DNA of 63,392 bases, counting the filler, from Conidiobolus incongruus B7586 (taxonomy: Eukaryota), in NCBI GenBank assembly GCA_000697335.1. It is 8 parts of 8 records of this genome, joined end to end, with 100 filler letters (N's around TTAATTAATTAA, not from the genome) between each part and the next. Parts side by side here need not be neighbours in the genome. Positions count along the whole stretch, not along the records: positions 20,503 to 30,859 come from JNEM01000137.1; positions 30,960 to 39,436 come from JNEM01000138.1; positions 39,537 to 48,340 come from JNEM01000141.1; 5 more parts are not named here. One strand, given 5' to 3'. The position numbers were made by a program, and so were the translations under genes. Under the pieces are notes generated by a model that was given only the letters and a program-made list of their open reading frames with translations, made no database searches and had not been told where the DNA came from. Below, in pieces: positions 27,400 to 41,200 of this stretch; within the stretch, counting starts at the first letter, position 1; the number at the start of each line of letters is the position of its first letter.

Positions 27400-27665
27400 A
27401 TTTGTTTCTGCAAAGGTTATCGACTCGGCAACCCGTGGAATTACTGCAAGATAATAAAAACCCTCTGTCAAAACAAGTTGATGGAGTGCATTGCGAACCT
27501 CGCTCTCCTAGAGACTAGCATTATGCGATTCACGAAGACGATTGCTGCAGTGAGCTTAGAGATCCTAGTAAAAGGGCATAAGCCATCGCGAGTGCAAGAT
27601 AGAGGTTTTCAAGGTAGAATCAAACCCGACGCTAGACACCCCAACTACAGCTCTACCTTAAGATC
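27400..27665 (-). ncRNA. Candidate structured ncRNA, most similar to box H/ACA snoRNA U17/snR30
   Basis: GC-rich non-coding island with three hand-folded stems (AAGGTAGA/TCTACCTT, AAAACC-CTCTGTC/GATAGAGGTTTT, TGCAG/TTGCA). The minus-strand 3' hairpin carries m1-like TAATTCCAC and m2-like TAACCTT, ending 7 nt before ACA-NNN. No clear H box found. Confidence 0.45.
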
Positions 27666-28176
27666 TCAATAAAGTAACATCATCAATCGAGCACGTGACA
27701 GTTTTAAACCATTTTGTGTAATAGCTCATAATTATGATCATCAAATATTTATATAATATTAAATTAATTTCCTGAACCAAAATGCTAAATAAATTGATAG
27801 TTGAACTTATCTAGGTTAAAAGAATCAATCAATTGTTTTCTTTTAAGACTTATAATTTTTTCAAAATAAAAAAGACACTAGCTATTAATTGAAAAGTATT
27901 TAATTTCCAATAAATAATGACAATAATAGATGATATTTATATGGTTTATTGTTTGATTTATATGAATTTAGAAATTTAAGAACGGAATTTTTAAATTAAT
28001 AATAAATATTAATGTTTAATTTAGGTTTTAATAACATTTTAAATTTCCGAAAAAATTAAAAATAAGTAAAATCTGTCTTGATAAATTATTGATTTAAAAA
28101 ATTAATAAGGTATATAAATGTGAGTTATCAATAGTGACAAAACAAAAAAATTCATTTCGATATTGAATTCTATTCA

Positions 28177-28854
28177 ATGAAAATAACATTTAGCATTTTA
28201 TTTTCAAGTTATTTAACCTCAGTTCAAAGTCATATGGAAATGAAAGAACCTGCTCCAAGAAAATCACAATTTCATTCATTGTATTTAAATGAACAGAATG
28301 TGGATTATGCAATGAATTCACCTTTGAACAATGGGTTTTCATATCCTTGCAGGGGATATCCTCAAGGTCCTTCGGCCGGCACTTATACAGCAGGATCGCC
28401 AATCCATGTCTCGATCTATGGAGAGGCATCGCACAATGGAGGTCATTGTCAATTTGCATTGAGCTATGATAATGGAGAGAACTTTGTAGTGATTCAAGAC
28501 GTGAGAGGCACATGTCTGGCTGAATCGGGTACTGAATTTGATGTCACAATTCCACCCAATGCACCTTCTTCAGATCATGTGGTATTTGCATGGGGCTGGA
28601 TTAACAAAACAGGAAATCGTGAGTACTATATGAATTGTGCAGATATTCAAATTCAGGGAAATAAAAATGGAGGATTGACTGGACCCAAGCTATTGGTTGC
28701 CAATATCCCAGGTTATCCTCTCATTGATGAATTTACGGAACCTGGATCGAACGATGGCTGGGAGTGGTTTGAAAATCGTCCGATTTTGGAAGTTGGACCA
28801 AATGGTAGAACGCGTGTAATTCCTAAATCCCGCAAATCTTCTAAGCAGGGTTAA
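28177..28854 (+). CDS. Secreted AA11-like lytic polysaccharide monooxygenase (probably chitin-active)
   Basis: Signal peptide ending VQS, then His1 (HMEMKEP). Motifs SHNGGHCQFALSYD and FAWGWIN..GNREYYMNCADI. TATATAAA at ~28111. Confidence 0.88.
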   Translation: MKITFSILFSSYLTSVQSHMEMKEPAPRKSQFHSLYLNEQNVDYAMNSPLNNGFSYPCRGYPQGPSAGTYTAGSPIHVSIYGEASHNGGHCQFALSYDNGENFVVIQDVRGTCLAESGTEFDVTIPPNAPSSDHVVFAWGWINKTGNREYYMNCADIQIQGNKNGGLTGPKLLVANIPGYPLIDEFTEPGSNDGWEWFENRPILEVGPNGRTRVIPKSRKSSKQG

Positions 28855-28981
28855 TCAATTATCTCTATATATGTATATTTAAGTATTTTATCGGCAATAT
28901 TTATCATATAAATGATTTTCAAGTATTTTAATCACAATAATAAACGTATTTAATCTCAAGCTATAATATTTTATTAGTAAA

Positions 28982-29893
28982 TCAATCAATTCTAGTTTTC
29001 TTTTTCTTCAAGCAGTTGACCATTATCACATAAGACCAAAAAATATTTAAAAAAGTTAGCATTAGAGCAAAGGTACCAATAAGGAAACTAGCTACAAAAA
29101 GCATACCTGTAAAGTTACTCCAACTTAATGTAGCCTTTTCAACAAAATTCAAACTTTGAAATAATAAACTATTAAAAATAGAACAAGGGTCCTGAATAGC
29201 GTAGTACAGAGCAAAAACTCCACATAACAGTCTCAATGAGATAAATACTAAAGCCCTCATAAATAGTTCATTCTCGTAAAGTTCAGTATCCTTAAATTGT
29301 AATCTCTGCAAATACCATGCAAAGTTATTGGTAATAACTGTTATTTCTGTAATACCGAATACAATTGAGAAGATACCAATTATATAAATCTAATATTAAA
29401 TCAGATTACTTGGATAAATAGGTTTTGAAATTGTTTACTTACAAAAGTCAAATAACATCCAATTAACCTACAAATATGGTGAATCCAAAATGTGAACTCT
29501 TCGTTGGATTTCATGTATATAACAATACAATCGTAAATGGAACACGCTATTAGATTGTTGAAGAAGGAGTCTTAGTCTCTTTGTATGGGTAGTAAACATT
29601 GCTAATGAAAGAATTTTGATAGAATATGATAGACAAAACGAGATCTCCAGTTATTATCCTATTGACTGTTGAAGCCATTCTAATAACAATTATATATCAG
29701 TCGATTTAATGATAATCATAAAATAATACTTTCTTTTCACCCAAATCAACTCTAACTCTCTTTGACAACTGCTTGATAACTTTAGGATTAATGGTATATG
29801 CTAACAAATAATCCGTCAAAATATGAATACTTCAATAAATCGAAATTTTATAAAATATATCACCAACCGATAGCATAATCAAAGATATTTCAT
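28982..29893 (-). pseudogene. TLC (TRAM/LAG1/CLN8)-domain membrane protein, TMEM56-like, apparently disrupted
   Basis: Minus-strand pieces SIYDCIV...FWIHHIC, ITEITVITNNFAWYL, FISLRL and LNIFWSYVI. Intron ~29442-29393. The pieces lie in different frames and the 5' part has stops. Confidence 0.6.
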
Positions 29894-32800
29894 AAATTAA
29901 TTAATCTAATAACAATTGTAATAATTATGTATTTAAAAATTAAGGTTTTAAGTTGGCTATTGCGGTGTTTATACTCTTTACATTTAGTAAATCTGAATCA
30001 TCTTGATTCCGTGAATTTTTATTATTATCAAATTTGATTTAATTTACTTAATGCGATACGCTATGTGAATTTCTTTGTTAAGCATCGATTCACGGTTAGA
30101 TATTTTTATTAACATACTTTTACTTAGAAGCAGATTATGATCATTATATTACTAGATATAGATAATATTTAATAATATTCACTATATGCTATAAATATCA
30201 AATAGTATACTATCATTTTTGAATAACCATAATTATTTTCAGATCATATACAATATCAAATTGAGATTGCAAATATACCTTTTAACCATAGTTTTATACA
30301 ATTAGTTATAAATAATTGACTTAATATAGTTAAATACAATATTACTTTTATTGCTAAATAATAAATAAAATTTTGATATCTATTCAATTTGAACTTGAAA
30401 AGTCACAATAAAGTCAGAGTATGATAAAATTATGGTTCTTGAAATTTGATTAACAATTTAATTGTTAAAATAGGTTAACAGAAAATATTGCTAGAAATAC
30501 TTCATTAAAATAATTTTACAACTTATTGTAAACTAATTATTAATTAAAAATGTACTATTTTATCTAAAATACTAAAATAATAAAATTTTTAACTAATTAT
30601 TATTTATCATTTTAGTAAGATTTAATTTTCTTAGACTAATATTTTTCAATAATAATAATAATAATAATAGTTCCATAGGTTAAATTAATAATTTTTGTTG
30701 AATTTATTAAAATGAAGATCAAATAAGTATTAATTTAATGATTTTCAAATAATATATATAATATTTTTTTACTTTATTTTGAAAATTAATTTTTAATTTA
30801 ATTATATAATAATTATTAAAAGTTTTTTATTTTAATATTAATTAAGTTTAACTATAAACNNNNNNNNNNNNNNNNNNNNNNNNNNNNNNNNNNNNNNNNN
30901 NNNTTAATTAATTAANNNNNNNNNNNNNNNNNNNNNNNNNNNNNNNNNNNNNNNNNNNNTTATTATAGGATTAATAATTAAATTGATATTAAATTATTAA
31001 ATTCATTTGGTTCTTTATATTGATAAATTATTATAAATTTAATAAGATTAATTACTTAATATATTTAGAAATTAATATTATTTTAATCTATGTTAAGATA
31101 ATTATATATTTTATAAATTTTATGAAATATTAAATTAATATCGATTAATATATTTAGAATATAAACGATCTCAATATTATATTGGACTTATTATATCATT
31201 ATTATTTTCATATTATTGTATTATAAAATAATTGATACAGATTACTTTGTTTTTGAAATTAAATAGAATCACAATTATGTAATTATAACTTATTTAATAA
31301 TATAATTATATAATATATTAGTTTAATTATTTTCAAGATCGATATTAAATTATATAAAATAAAATATTTTAAAATATTTATTATTATGAACTATTGAATT
31401 ATATATATTGGATATAATTATGATAGTTTATATTTATCAAAGAATAATATGAGCTTAATTATATAGATAGAATCTTAAAGAATATTATCTGTAAAAATAT
31501 AAATATTATATAATCAATATTAATATAATATTTTTTACAGAATATTGATTTTAATAAAAGTAAAAATATATTATAGATAATATGAATATTTTAATGGTGA
31601 TAATTTAAACCTATAGGATTCAAAATTAATAAAGATTATCGTAAATACTAAATTATCCCCTATATATAATTGGATATATTAATAAATATTTAAATTGGGC
31701 ATAGTTGATAATATATGGAGATTTAAATTAAAAATTTCTACTGAAAATTACAAAATTAGAATTTGGTGATTTAAATCAATGTGAAAACAATCAAATTTGA
31801 TATAAAATAAATAGATAGCATATTTTTGGGTAAAGGATCTAAATATCAGGATAATTAAATATAATATATTATATTAATTATTGCTATCCTGAATTTTTAA
31901 TATATTTAATAATTAATATGAAATGTTCAATTATTATTAATAACGGAATAAATAAGTGTTATTTAGTAAATATCATAATTATATATATTATGATATATAT
32001 TAAAATTAAAGGATATATCATAATTGTCTAATATTTTTATTTCAAATACTATTTTATTTAACTTTAAAATCTCTTGCATAAAAATATGGAGGAACATTAA
32101 TTGATTATAAGATATAGATATTATAATCTTGATGTTAAACATTCCCAAATATCATTGTATTTTCTATACTTAATATATACTATTGACAACAATTGTATTA
32201 AAAATTAATTTTATGAAATAAAACCCTAAATATTGGAAAGTCTTCAATAAAATTAATCTGTTACATATTTCTGCTTTTTAGCGGTTTTATTTTGTTAATT
32301 TAAATAAAAATGGAGATAATTATGAATATGAAAAGATTTATGTTTATCAATTAAACTGATTATTTTCAAAATGTGATGAGTTATAATCTATTCAATATTA
32401 TTAAAATTTGATATCAAGAATTATTTAAAAATTGGAAATCAATGTTGTCAATGGCTTAGCATTTCAATTTCAACTTATTTAATTACAACCAAATATTAAT
32501 TGAATTTTAATAATCGTTTCAAGTTTAAATTTAATTTAATGATATTATTATATATTTCATGTATATACTATATATAATATGACAACATTCAGTAATTATG
32601 AATATATATAACCTATATTATGAGACATTCAATATCGACTAATTGATATTGATATTAAGTAATTCTTTATTAGATTATTGATTTTATTAATTTAATAAAT
32701 TATTCAAATTGAATGTTAAATCAATGTCAAAAAATCACGTTATGAATAAGAGTCATACCTATATCAATATAATATTCTTCGTTAAAATCTTGAATGTTTC

Positions 32801-33674
32801 ATAATAGTTCTATTAATATACTATGTAAATATCCAGAATTGAAATATTTTCAATTTTAATATTGCATGTGATTGAGACTTTTGAAATATTTTTCTAATAT
32901 TAAATAATTGATTTTAGTTTAAAATAATATTATAATAGTTTGTAAATTCATTAAATGAATAGAATAGCAAAAATGATTAACGTATATCATATTTTTACTA
33001 TATTACATTATCACACCTATACTTTTTACGATTTTAAAATTATGATTTTAACAGTAATGAAGTATTGGGATGGAAAATTAAGGTATAGTTAAATTCCTCA
33101 CCCAAAATGTCCTCTTATTAAAATGAATCTAGTGAAATTCCTAACCAATCAGATAGATTCTTTGAGAGAAAGTATCTATAGCTATTCTATAGCATTTAAT
33201 AAATGCCATATTTGGCATTATATATGCCCAATGCCAATACACAAAAATATTAAATACATTTCTAAAATTAATTCCAAACAAAATATGGAATTTTATTGGG
33301 GATTGGTTGATACTTGAGAAAAAGTTATAAATTGCAAATGGCATTACCACTATAGATCTAAATAGCAAGTAGTGGCTCTAATCAATAAATCCAGCAGTTA
33401 TCGTTAAACTTCAATAGGTCAAACCGCGGGAAGGCTAGTTGTTGAGATGAATCTTTGAAATGTATGAAGTTAATTTTAAAATTTATTTTAATTGTGATCA
33501 CTTTTAGGATCCAATCCAATGACCATTTACAATGAGATTGAAAGGTTTTAATAGAATTTTAGATTGATATCCTTGTCATCCATCTTCTATTTGGTTGAAA
33601 AATTAATAAATATACAATATGAGTTATAATTGGGTTGGATTTTGCCTGCGCATTTTAAAACATGTAAGTATCAG

Positions 33675-34216
33675 TTACTTTTGTCTCGTGTGGATGCGTG
33701 TGTGCTGATTCAAGTTGTCACTACGACTGAATCTCTTCTTGCAGTGGGGAAAGGACATTCATAGGGCTTCTCAGTGCTATGAAGTGTTCTTAAATGCCTT
33801 TTCAAATGCTCAGCGCGTCTGAACTTGCGGTCACATTCTGGAAGTGGGCAAGGATATGGACGATGATCAATCGTGACATTGCTTGGAACGATAGGAGGAG
33901 TAGGAAGGAACTCTGTTGGAGAAATTCCTGTCATATCGGAAGGCATATCGTTGGTAATATAGGGAAAATATTCGTTAGTGAGATCATCTGGGAAAAAGTA
34001 TGATGACAGATATGGAGTTGGAGGTGATAGTAGAGGGAGATGAGAATTAATTGGAGATGAAGAGAGAAACGCTGAAGGACTTGAACATGACTTAGCATTA
34101 GTGTGAATGGGAAGAGTATAAGTTGGAGAAGGAGTAGAAACAGAAGTGTTGTCCATACTGGCAGTGAAATCCATCGGAAACTGATCCATCCAAGGCATAC
34201 TAGTATAAGATTCCAT
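33675..34216 (-). CDS. Msn2/Seb1-like C2H2 zinc-finger transcription factor with a 1-nt frameshift in finger 2
   Basis: S/P-rich N-terminus. Finger 1 is [24 protein letters not shown]. Adding one C to the run at 33746-33749 gives [32 protein letters not shown] (stop at 33677-33675). Confidence 0.85.
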
Positions 34217-37200
34217 GTTGTTTCAGATTTTAGAACAGTAAATGTTTTAGCGAAGAAAAAAATGATGGATCAAAGTGGTGTTAGTCGATTTAGAAATTCA
34301 CCAAAAAATTGGGGTAAATTTTTATAACGAATTTGTATAGTAAGTGATTAGGTTAAACTGACATTTATATAGTTTTCAAGCATTGCTTGATTGGATATCA
34401 ACAAATCAATTCTCATTAAACGATTCCAGTTATTAGAGCCTATTTAAGACACCTCAGTATTCCCAATCATCGAAGTGATCTAAGATCCAATACGCACTTT
34501 CTATCAGGTATCTCCCCTTAAACCGAATTTATTGAAACATGAAATTAAAACAATATAACCATAAAAAATAACGACTGTATTGCAGACTTATATCTCTAAT
34601 TACAAGCTTATCCTTACTCTATTTGTTAGTTTTTAATATTTCATTTGATAATTTGATAATTTGATGTGAATGGATATTGGAGTAATAAGAAGATAATAAT
34701 ACCTGTTCACAATTTTAATTCTCTTAATTAAAGCCAAATCAAGTAGTTATACAAGTTGATTCAATTGTTTCAAACATGTTTAGTTCAACCAAATGTTTGA
34801 ACAAAGCCATCATCTAGCAAGGAATAAGGAATTTTATATGAAGACATTATACTCACTTGAACATCCCTTATATTTTGTAGAGAGGTGTATTTTTATATAT
34901 CATAATATAGTTAATAAAAATTGAATTAGTAAAAGACAAGAATATAATTTATATTAAAAACGATTATAATAGCATTACAAAGCATTCAACCTAAATATAT
35001 AAAAATTATAATAAATGAAACGATTTTACTATACCCAGTAAAAGGAGATATTTGTAACGAAAAGGAGTACCAGCAGGGGTGAATCCATTTTTATTCCCAA
35101 ATTTTATTAAATTTCAATTGAATATAATTAATAACTTCGAGTTTGATGATTAAGTTTTTTCTTTTAATTAATTTTTAAGGGATGAACTTTGTAAATCAAG
35201 TGATAATTTATTTATGAATTGATTGATTTGGTGATTATTTTTACACTTTCTAATCTACAATTTAATCCAATTGTATTAATTGAGCAGCACAGTGACGTAG
35301 TTCTTTTTCACTCACATTACTATCAAAAATGAATAAATATTCATTATATGTTAATTTATTAAATATTATAAATTATCATTATGAGAAATCAAAGGCATTA
35401 AATATAAAATTATATTATTTTACATAAGTTAAATATTATAATATTTTTACTCATTATTTGTTAATTAATATAAGACATATTAATCAAATGTATTAGCTCC
35501 AATATATTATTAGCATTTTGATACTCTAGCATCCCCTTTAAATGTAATAAATAGGAGTGACCCCAGTAATAAATTAGGTTTTTAGTATTTAAGCTCTCAA
35601 TTGAAAACCTAATTCAACAAAATTCACTAATTAAGCTATTAAAAGATATATTTGATTTTAATATAACCATAAATTCTCCTAAATAACTTTTTCTTCCAGC
35701 GAATCCTACTCTAAATAAGCAAAATTAATATTAATCCCTGAGTGTTTCGCTATAATTTGAATATTCAAAATTATCATATATAACTGGATTGATTAATATA
35801 AATTTGAAATATCCAAATATTTTCTTAAGAATTGTTGTCTGTGATTGGTAACGAATTCTAATCAATACCCTGATAATCTTATATATCGAATTAAAAATGA
35901 ATAGAATGGTCATCTATATTTTAATTAGCTCTAATTTATCATATTTTCATATGGTCAAATAATAATAATTATTATATCTATTTATAAAATTTATATTCAA
36001 TAGGAAATGGAGATAATACCTCGAAAACATTAGAAGAACTGAATATACATATATATATTACAGCATAAGGATAAAGTTTTAAAACTATGCAATATTTGCT
36101 TACTCTGATTCTGTGATATGAGTATATTTCAAATAAAAATTAACCAAGTATTATTAATTATAATTATTAATGAAATATTCACTGAGATTAAATCATGACA
36201 TCATTCTTTGCATTCTTACTTTTATACCCTTTTCAAATTATCCAATACTTGATAAAAATTTGAAATGAAAACGAGTCATTAAAATCAATATTTGTCATTT
36301 TTATTTATTTAATGTTTGAGGTAATTATAAATAAGGCTTTTTTTAATGTTCATATTTTATTTATTCAATAATATCATAAATTTATTAATATCTAAAGAAT
36401 TTTCAAAGGCAAGAATTTTTAATATTTCTAACTAATATATCTATTACTTGAAAATAATATTAATTTGTGTTAACCTTAATTTTTAATAAATATGATAATT
36501 AGTTTATATATTGTTATAGATGTATTTACTTGCTAGTTTTTGAATACCATTTTTTTCATATTATTATTTTAAAGATTTGACATAAATTACATATAATTTT
36601 AAATTTATTTATTTTTTTAATTTATAAAAAATAAAATAAATAGCAAAAATTATTAATTAAATTATATATATTAAATTATTAATGATTTTCTTAATAAAAG
36701 GATAATACTACAATATATATATTTATAATTTAAATAATAAATTTCTAATTAATTAATTAATTATAATTTTGAATATGATATAATAAATCAAAACTATAAT
36801 CAAGTCTATATATAATTTATATAATCATCTCTTTATTTTCTATAATTTTATATTAAAATTCTAATAAAACTTATATTCAAATTATTATTAATATAACTCT
36901 CTTTAATAGCTTAATAATTTTAATAAATAATTGATAAATTATTCACTAATTTAGTTATTTTATATAAAGTTTAGAAAAATAAATTTCTTTATATTAATTT
37001 TGAATCAATCATAATGATTGTTGTTTTTATATTTATATATATTTATTAATACATTATTTTTTCATAATTTTAATATTGAAATTTTATTAAAATAATTATT
37101 ATTTCCAGTTAAAATCAATTATGAGTTGATTAATTAAAATCAATATAATGGTAATTAAGAAAAAAATGAAAATAAAAACTATTTAGACTTTTTTTTACCA

Positions 37201-37932
37201 TTAGTAAAGTTATCTTATATTATTTTCCATTGATTTAATGATATTATTTGTTTCATAATATGTTTTGTAATCAAAATTGGTTGTTAGCAAGTTATTTATT
37301 AATAAGCTTATTTAAATAACATATTCAGTAAAAGATATCCTTTAATTATAAACTGATAAAGACATTAAATGAGAGGTAATATGGACTTAACTATTGAATG
37401 GAGACTGAAGGGTATTTTCAAAATACAACAATATTAATCAATGTTATAAAAATAAATAGTTGTAATATCGAATGAAAGTATTATTAAATACTTTAATTGA
37501 ATAAATGCAATATATTATCTCAACAGTTATTTCCTATATCAAGCTGATATCTAATAATAAATGGATATTTTATTTATTTATTGAAAATTGATCTATGGAA
37601 TATATATTTAATTAATTTTTATCTTATATTTATATATAAATCTTTTAAATTAATAATTTTTAATAATTATTTAACATTTTGATTAATTTATAAATATGTA
37701 TTTATTAGGCAGATGCAAACAACATATAATATCTAACATTTTTTGGTATTTAAAAAAACTAAATATGATTATTTCTATTCGCTATTCTATATATTTTTAT
37801 TCAAGTTATTTTTAAATATAATTTTAAGCATAATAACACTTAAAATAGTTTTATCAATTTATAATATTAAAATTAAGGTTTATAATAAATAATATAGATT
37901 TTATTTAATGATTAAATTAATTACAGAAAATA

Positions 37933-38276
37933 TGTTTAAGGATTTCTAGAAAGTAGACTTGCAATAAAGAACACGTAGATTCGTTAAACCGGGCCGAGGA
38001 CGACTGACGAGATACTTTAATGGGTTTTGCTAAAATATAAAGATGTAGTACTTGGCCCTGATCGAGATGATCCCTGAGCGAATAAGTGCCCAGTGACTAT
38101 TTTATAGTGTGGTTAGTACTTGCCAATGTGTTGAAACTCCAATTACTGTTATAGTCTGGAATTTTCCATTGTGCAAGCATTGTGCCTGGAATTTGCGAGT
38201 GGATTGCATTCGGAATCATGACAGGCTATTAAGGTTGAATGGTGAGTAGACCTTCCGATCAGGGATATATGTGATA
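37933..38276 (-). mobile_element. Putative degenerate solo LTR (alternatively a structured ncRNA)
   Basis: ~340-bp GC-rich island in extremely AT-rich DNA. On the minus strand it runs TATCACA...TATAAAA...ATTAAA...AAACA. Internal perfect inverted repeat CCCTGATCG/CGATCAGGG. No TSD found. Confidence 0.4.
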
Positions 38277-41200
38277 TTGAAATTTATTTATAAAAATCTT
38301 CAATTGATATTGTATTAATAAAATATTTTTATATTTTTGATTAAATTCATAACTATATAACTGTTAAATATAATTTTAATATTTTATTATAATAATAATT
38401 AATTTGTTTTTGGTAATATAAATTAAAGAATTTCAACATTTTTAATATTAGTTTTTATATATTTTGTTCAAAAATTCAAATACAATTTAAAAGTCCATTT
38501 TATTTAAAATATACATATATATGTATATTATAAATGAAATCTGAATACTAATCAATAGCTATTCAACCATACTATATAGTTGTTTTATTTAAAAAAACAA
38601 ATTATATTTTATTAGTAAATAATATAATATTTAATATAATATTAATAATATAATAAAAATAATTTTAGTTCTATATTTTTTAAGATAACACTTTGAAAAA
38701 ATATGATTTCATATGATTATTCAAATTTAAAATAATAACTAATTTGATAAGTTAGTATAAACCAAGAGTCAAAGGCAAAATGAAATTGAATAAGAATAAA
38801 CAAATTAAAACATTATTATTAAATATCTATTGATATTAAGTTTAATTTTAGGAATGAAATATTTAATTTATATTATATAGGAACTCAATTCCCTAATATA
38901 ATTTTAAGAACTTAAATATTTAAGAATTATCTTAAAAAACTAGTTTTTCAAAGTCTTATTTATTATTCTATATTTATACTAACTTTTTATGGATTAGGTA
39001 ATTTATACTTTTAGCTTAATTTTATAAATAATATTAATTGAATCAAGAACAAAGAATTGTATTTTTATTTTAATTTCGTATTATATTTTTAAATTATCAT
39101 TAATTTAAGAAATTATATTATCATTATTAATATTTTTAATTATTTTAAATAATTGGTAAATTAAGTAATATTTTTAAAGTTTAAATAAGCTCACTATTAT
39201 ATTAAATTAATTAAGTCAATTCTAGTTTGAATCATTTTTATATTTATATTAAATTCAACCTCAATAATTATTATTGGTTAATTAAATCAATAAAAGAAAT
39301 ATATACTAAATGTAATATAATATTAAAAATAATATAAAAAAGTTGAGATATAGCAATCTAAATATTATTGAGTTAATTTGATATTTAACCAAAATTAATA
39401 ATATAAAAAAATTAATAAATATATTAAATAATATTTNNNNNNNNNNNNNNNNNNNNNNNNNNNNNNNNNNNNNNNNNNNNTTAATTAATTAANNNNNNNN
39501 NNNNNNNNNNNNNNNNNNNNNNNNNNNNNNNNNNNNTATTAAAACTTAATCTATTTAATATTTCACAAATAATAAGTTTACTAATTATTTTAAAATTATT
39601 GATATTATTATCAATATTGAGCTATAAATTTTTAATAAAGCAAATTGAAATTTTAATATTTTTTTAATATAAGCTAATATATCATAGAATTTTATTTTTT
39701 ATAAATATCAAATTAAATAAATATAATATTTTGATATTAATATAAAATTATATATATCATTTTGAGCACTAATTTCTGAAATAAAAAAATAAAAGGTTTT
39801 TTATCAATATATTAAATAAAAATTTAATGAATAATTTTAAAACTATATAAAATATTTTAATACATTTAATATCAAAAAATCTTGATTTGAATTAATTTAT
39901 TATTTGTAAACCTACCTAAGGATTGCATGGCAAATTAATTATATATAGATATATATAATAATTTCAATAATAATAAAAATTAAAATTCTTTATATTTAAA
40001 TTAAATAGCAAATATAATAATTACATATAGTTATGGTAATTGCACCAAATATTACTAAAATCGATTTTTAAAGTCATAATTTTTTCAAGTTAGAAAGTTA
40101 ATTCAAGATAATTATTTTATTGATATTTAATGGTAAATACTGTCAAAATGGTTTTGATTTTGAAATTTATAATTTCATATGGTGTATTTCATTGATATGA
40201 TAATATTATAATAATAATAATATTAATATTATTTTTGGGTGAAAATATAATAATTTATGTTTTATGTTTATTGAATATTATAATATTTCATTGAAATAAA
40301 TGATTTAAACTAAATAAGTGGAATCTAATATCAGAATTCAACAATGCTTCGCAAGTTACACACAATCGGAAATGATTTAATAAATTGATTTACAGATATA
40401 TTTAGAGTTACCTCTATTATTCATGAATTGCTGTTACTCGGAGTTAATGGCTACTTTGAGAGGAATGTGGCAAAGAGAAACCATTGAGATTCATTGTCAA
40501 CATTGCTACAATAAATTGACTTTGAACGTTTGGCAAAGCTACTAAAATAATTTATATATATGTAATATACACATCATTGAAATGATTATAAAATTGTATT
40601 TAACATTAATCTCAACATGTAAAATAGCCAGAATATAGAAATTTGATTATTAAATATAACTAATGAAATATACTGAGAATTCTTAATAAATCTAGATTAC
40701 TCGAAATTTTGTTTTTTTCACTTTTTTATTTTGAAATGTTACTATATTTTAATAATAATAGTAACATTTGCAATAAGTGAAAAAACCACGCGTGATCTTG
40801 ATTAATGACAACAATAAGAAATCATTAATTTTGGAAGAATAGGTTAATCATCATTTGATCCTAGTAATTAAATATATTATTCAATTCAAATTTATCCACC
40901 TTTGATAACTAATTTCATATTGAATTGAGATTAAGTTTTTCATTAAGCCATATTATTAAACGTTTCTAATTAAATTTTTTCAATTTATAATTATATTATG
41001 ATTATTAAACAAAACTTAAAGTATTTATTTAATTTATAATATCATATGGATCAATTCTAGAAGTTCACTTGGTATATCATATTATAAATACACTTATTTT
41101 GAGAATTATTGATAATATCAAGTTGTTAGTATAAATTCATTTCTAATAATTTGATTCAGATTAATAACGAAATAATAAATATAAGTAAACAAAAGGCTTG

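Noticed and set aside
27560..27582. U5 snRNA (minus strand GCCCTTTTACTAGGAT resembles loop 1)
   Set aside because: Extra C in the invariant loop, no closing stem, and no properly placed Sm site.
27364..27672. 102-aa + strand ORF
   Set aside because: TTG start and no recognisable motifs. It is better explained by the GC-rich structured RNA beneath it.
38060..38080. U3 snoRNA box A-like CAGGGATCAT on the minus strand
   Set aside because: No recognisable C', B, C or D boxes downstream.
38004..38140. Hammerhead ribozyme (CTGACGA ... GAAAC)
   Set aside because: I could not form stems I-III around the core, and GAAAC is ~120 nt away.
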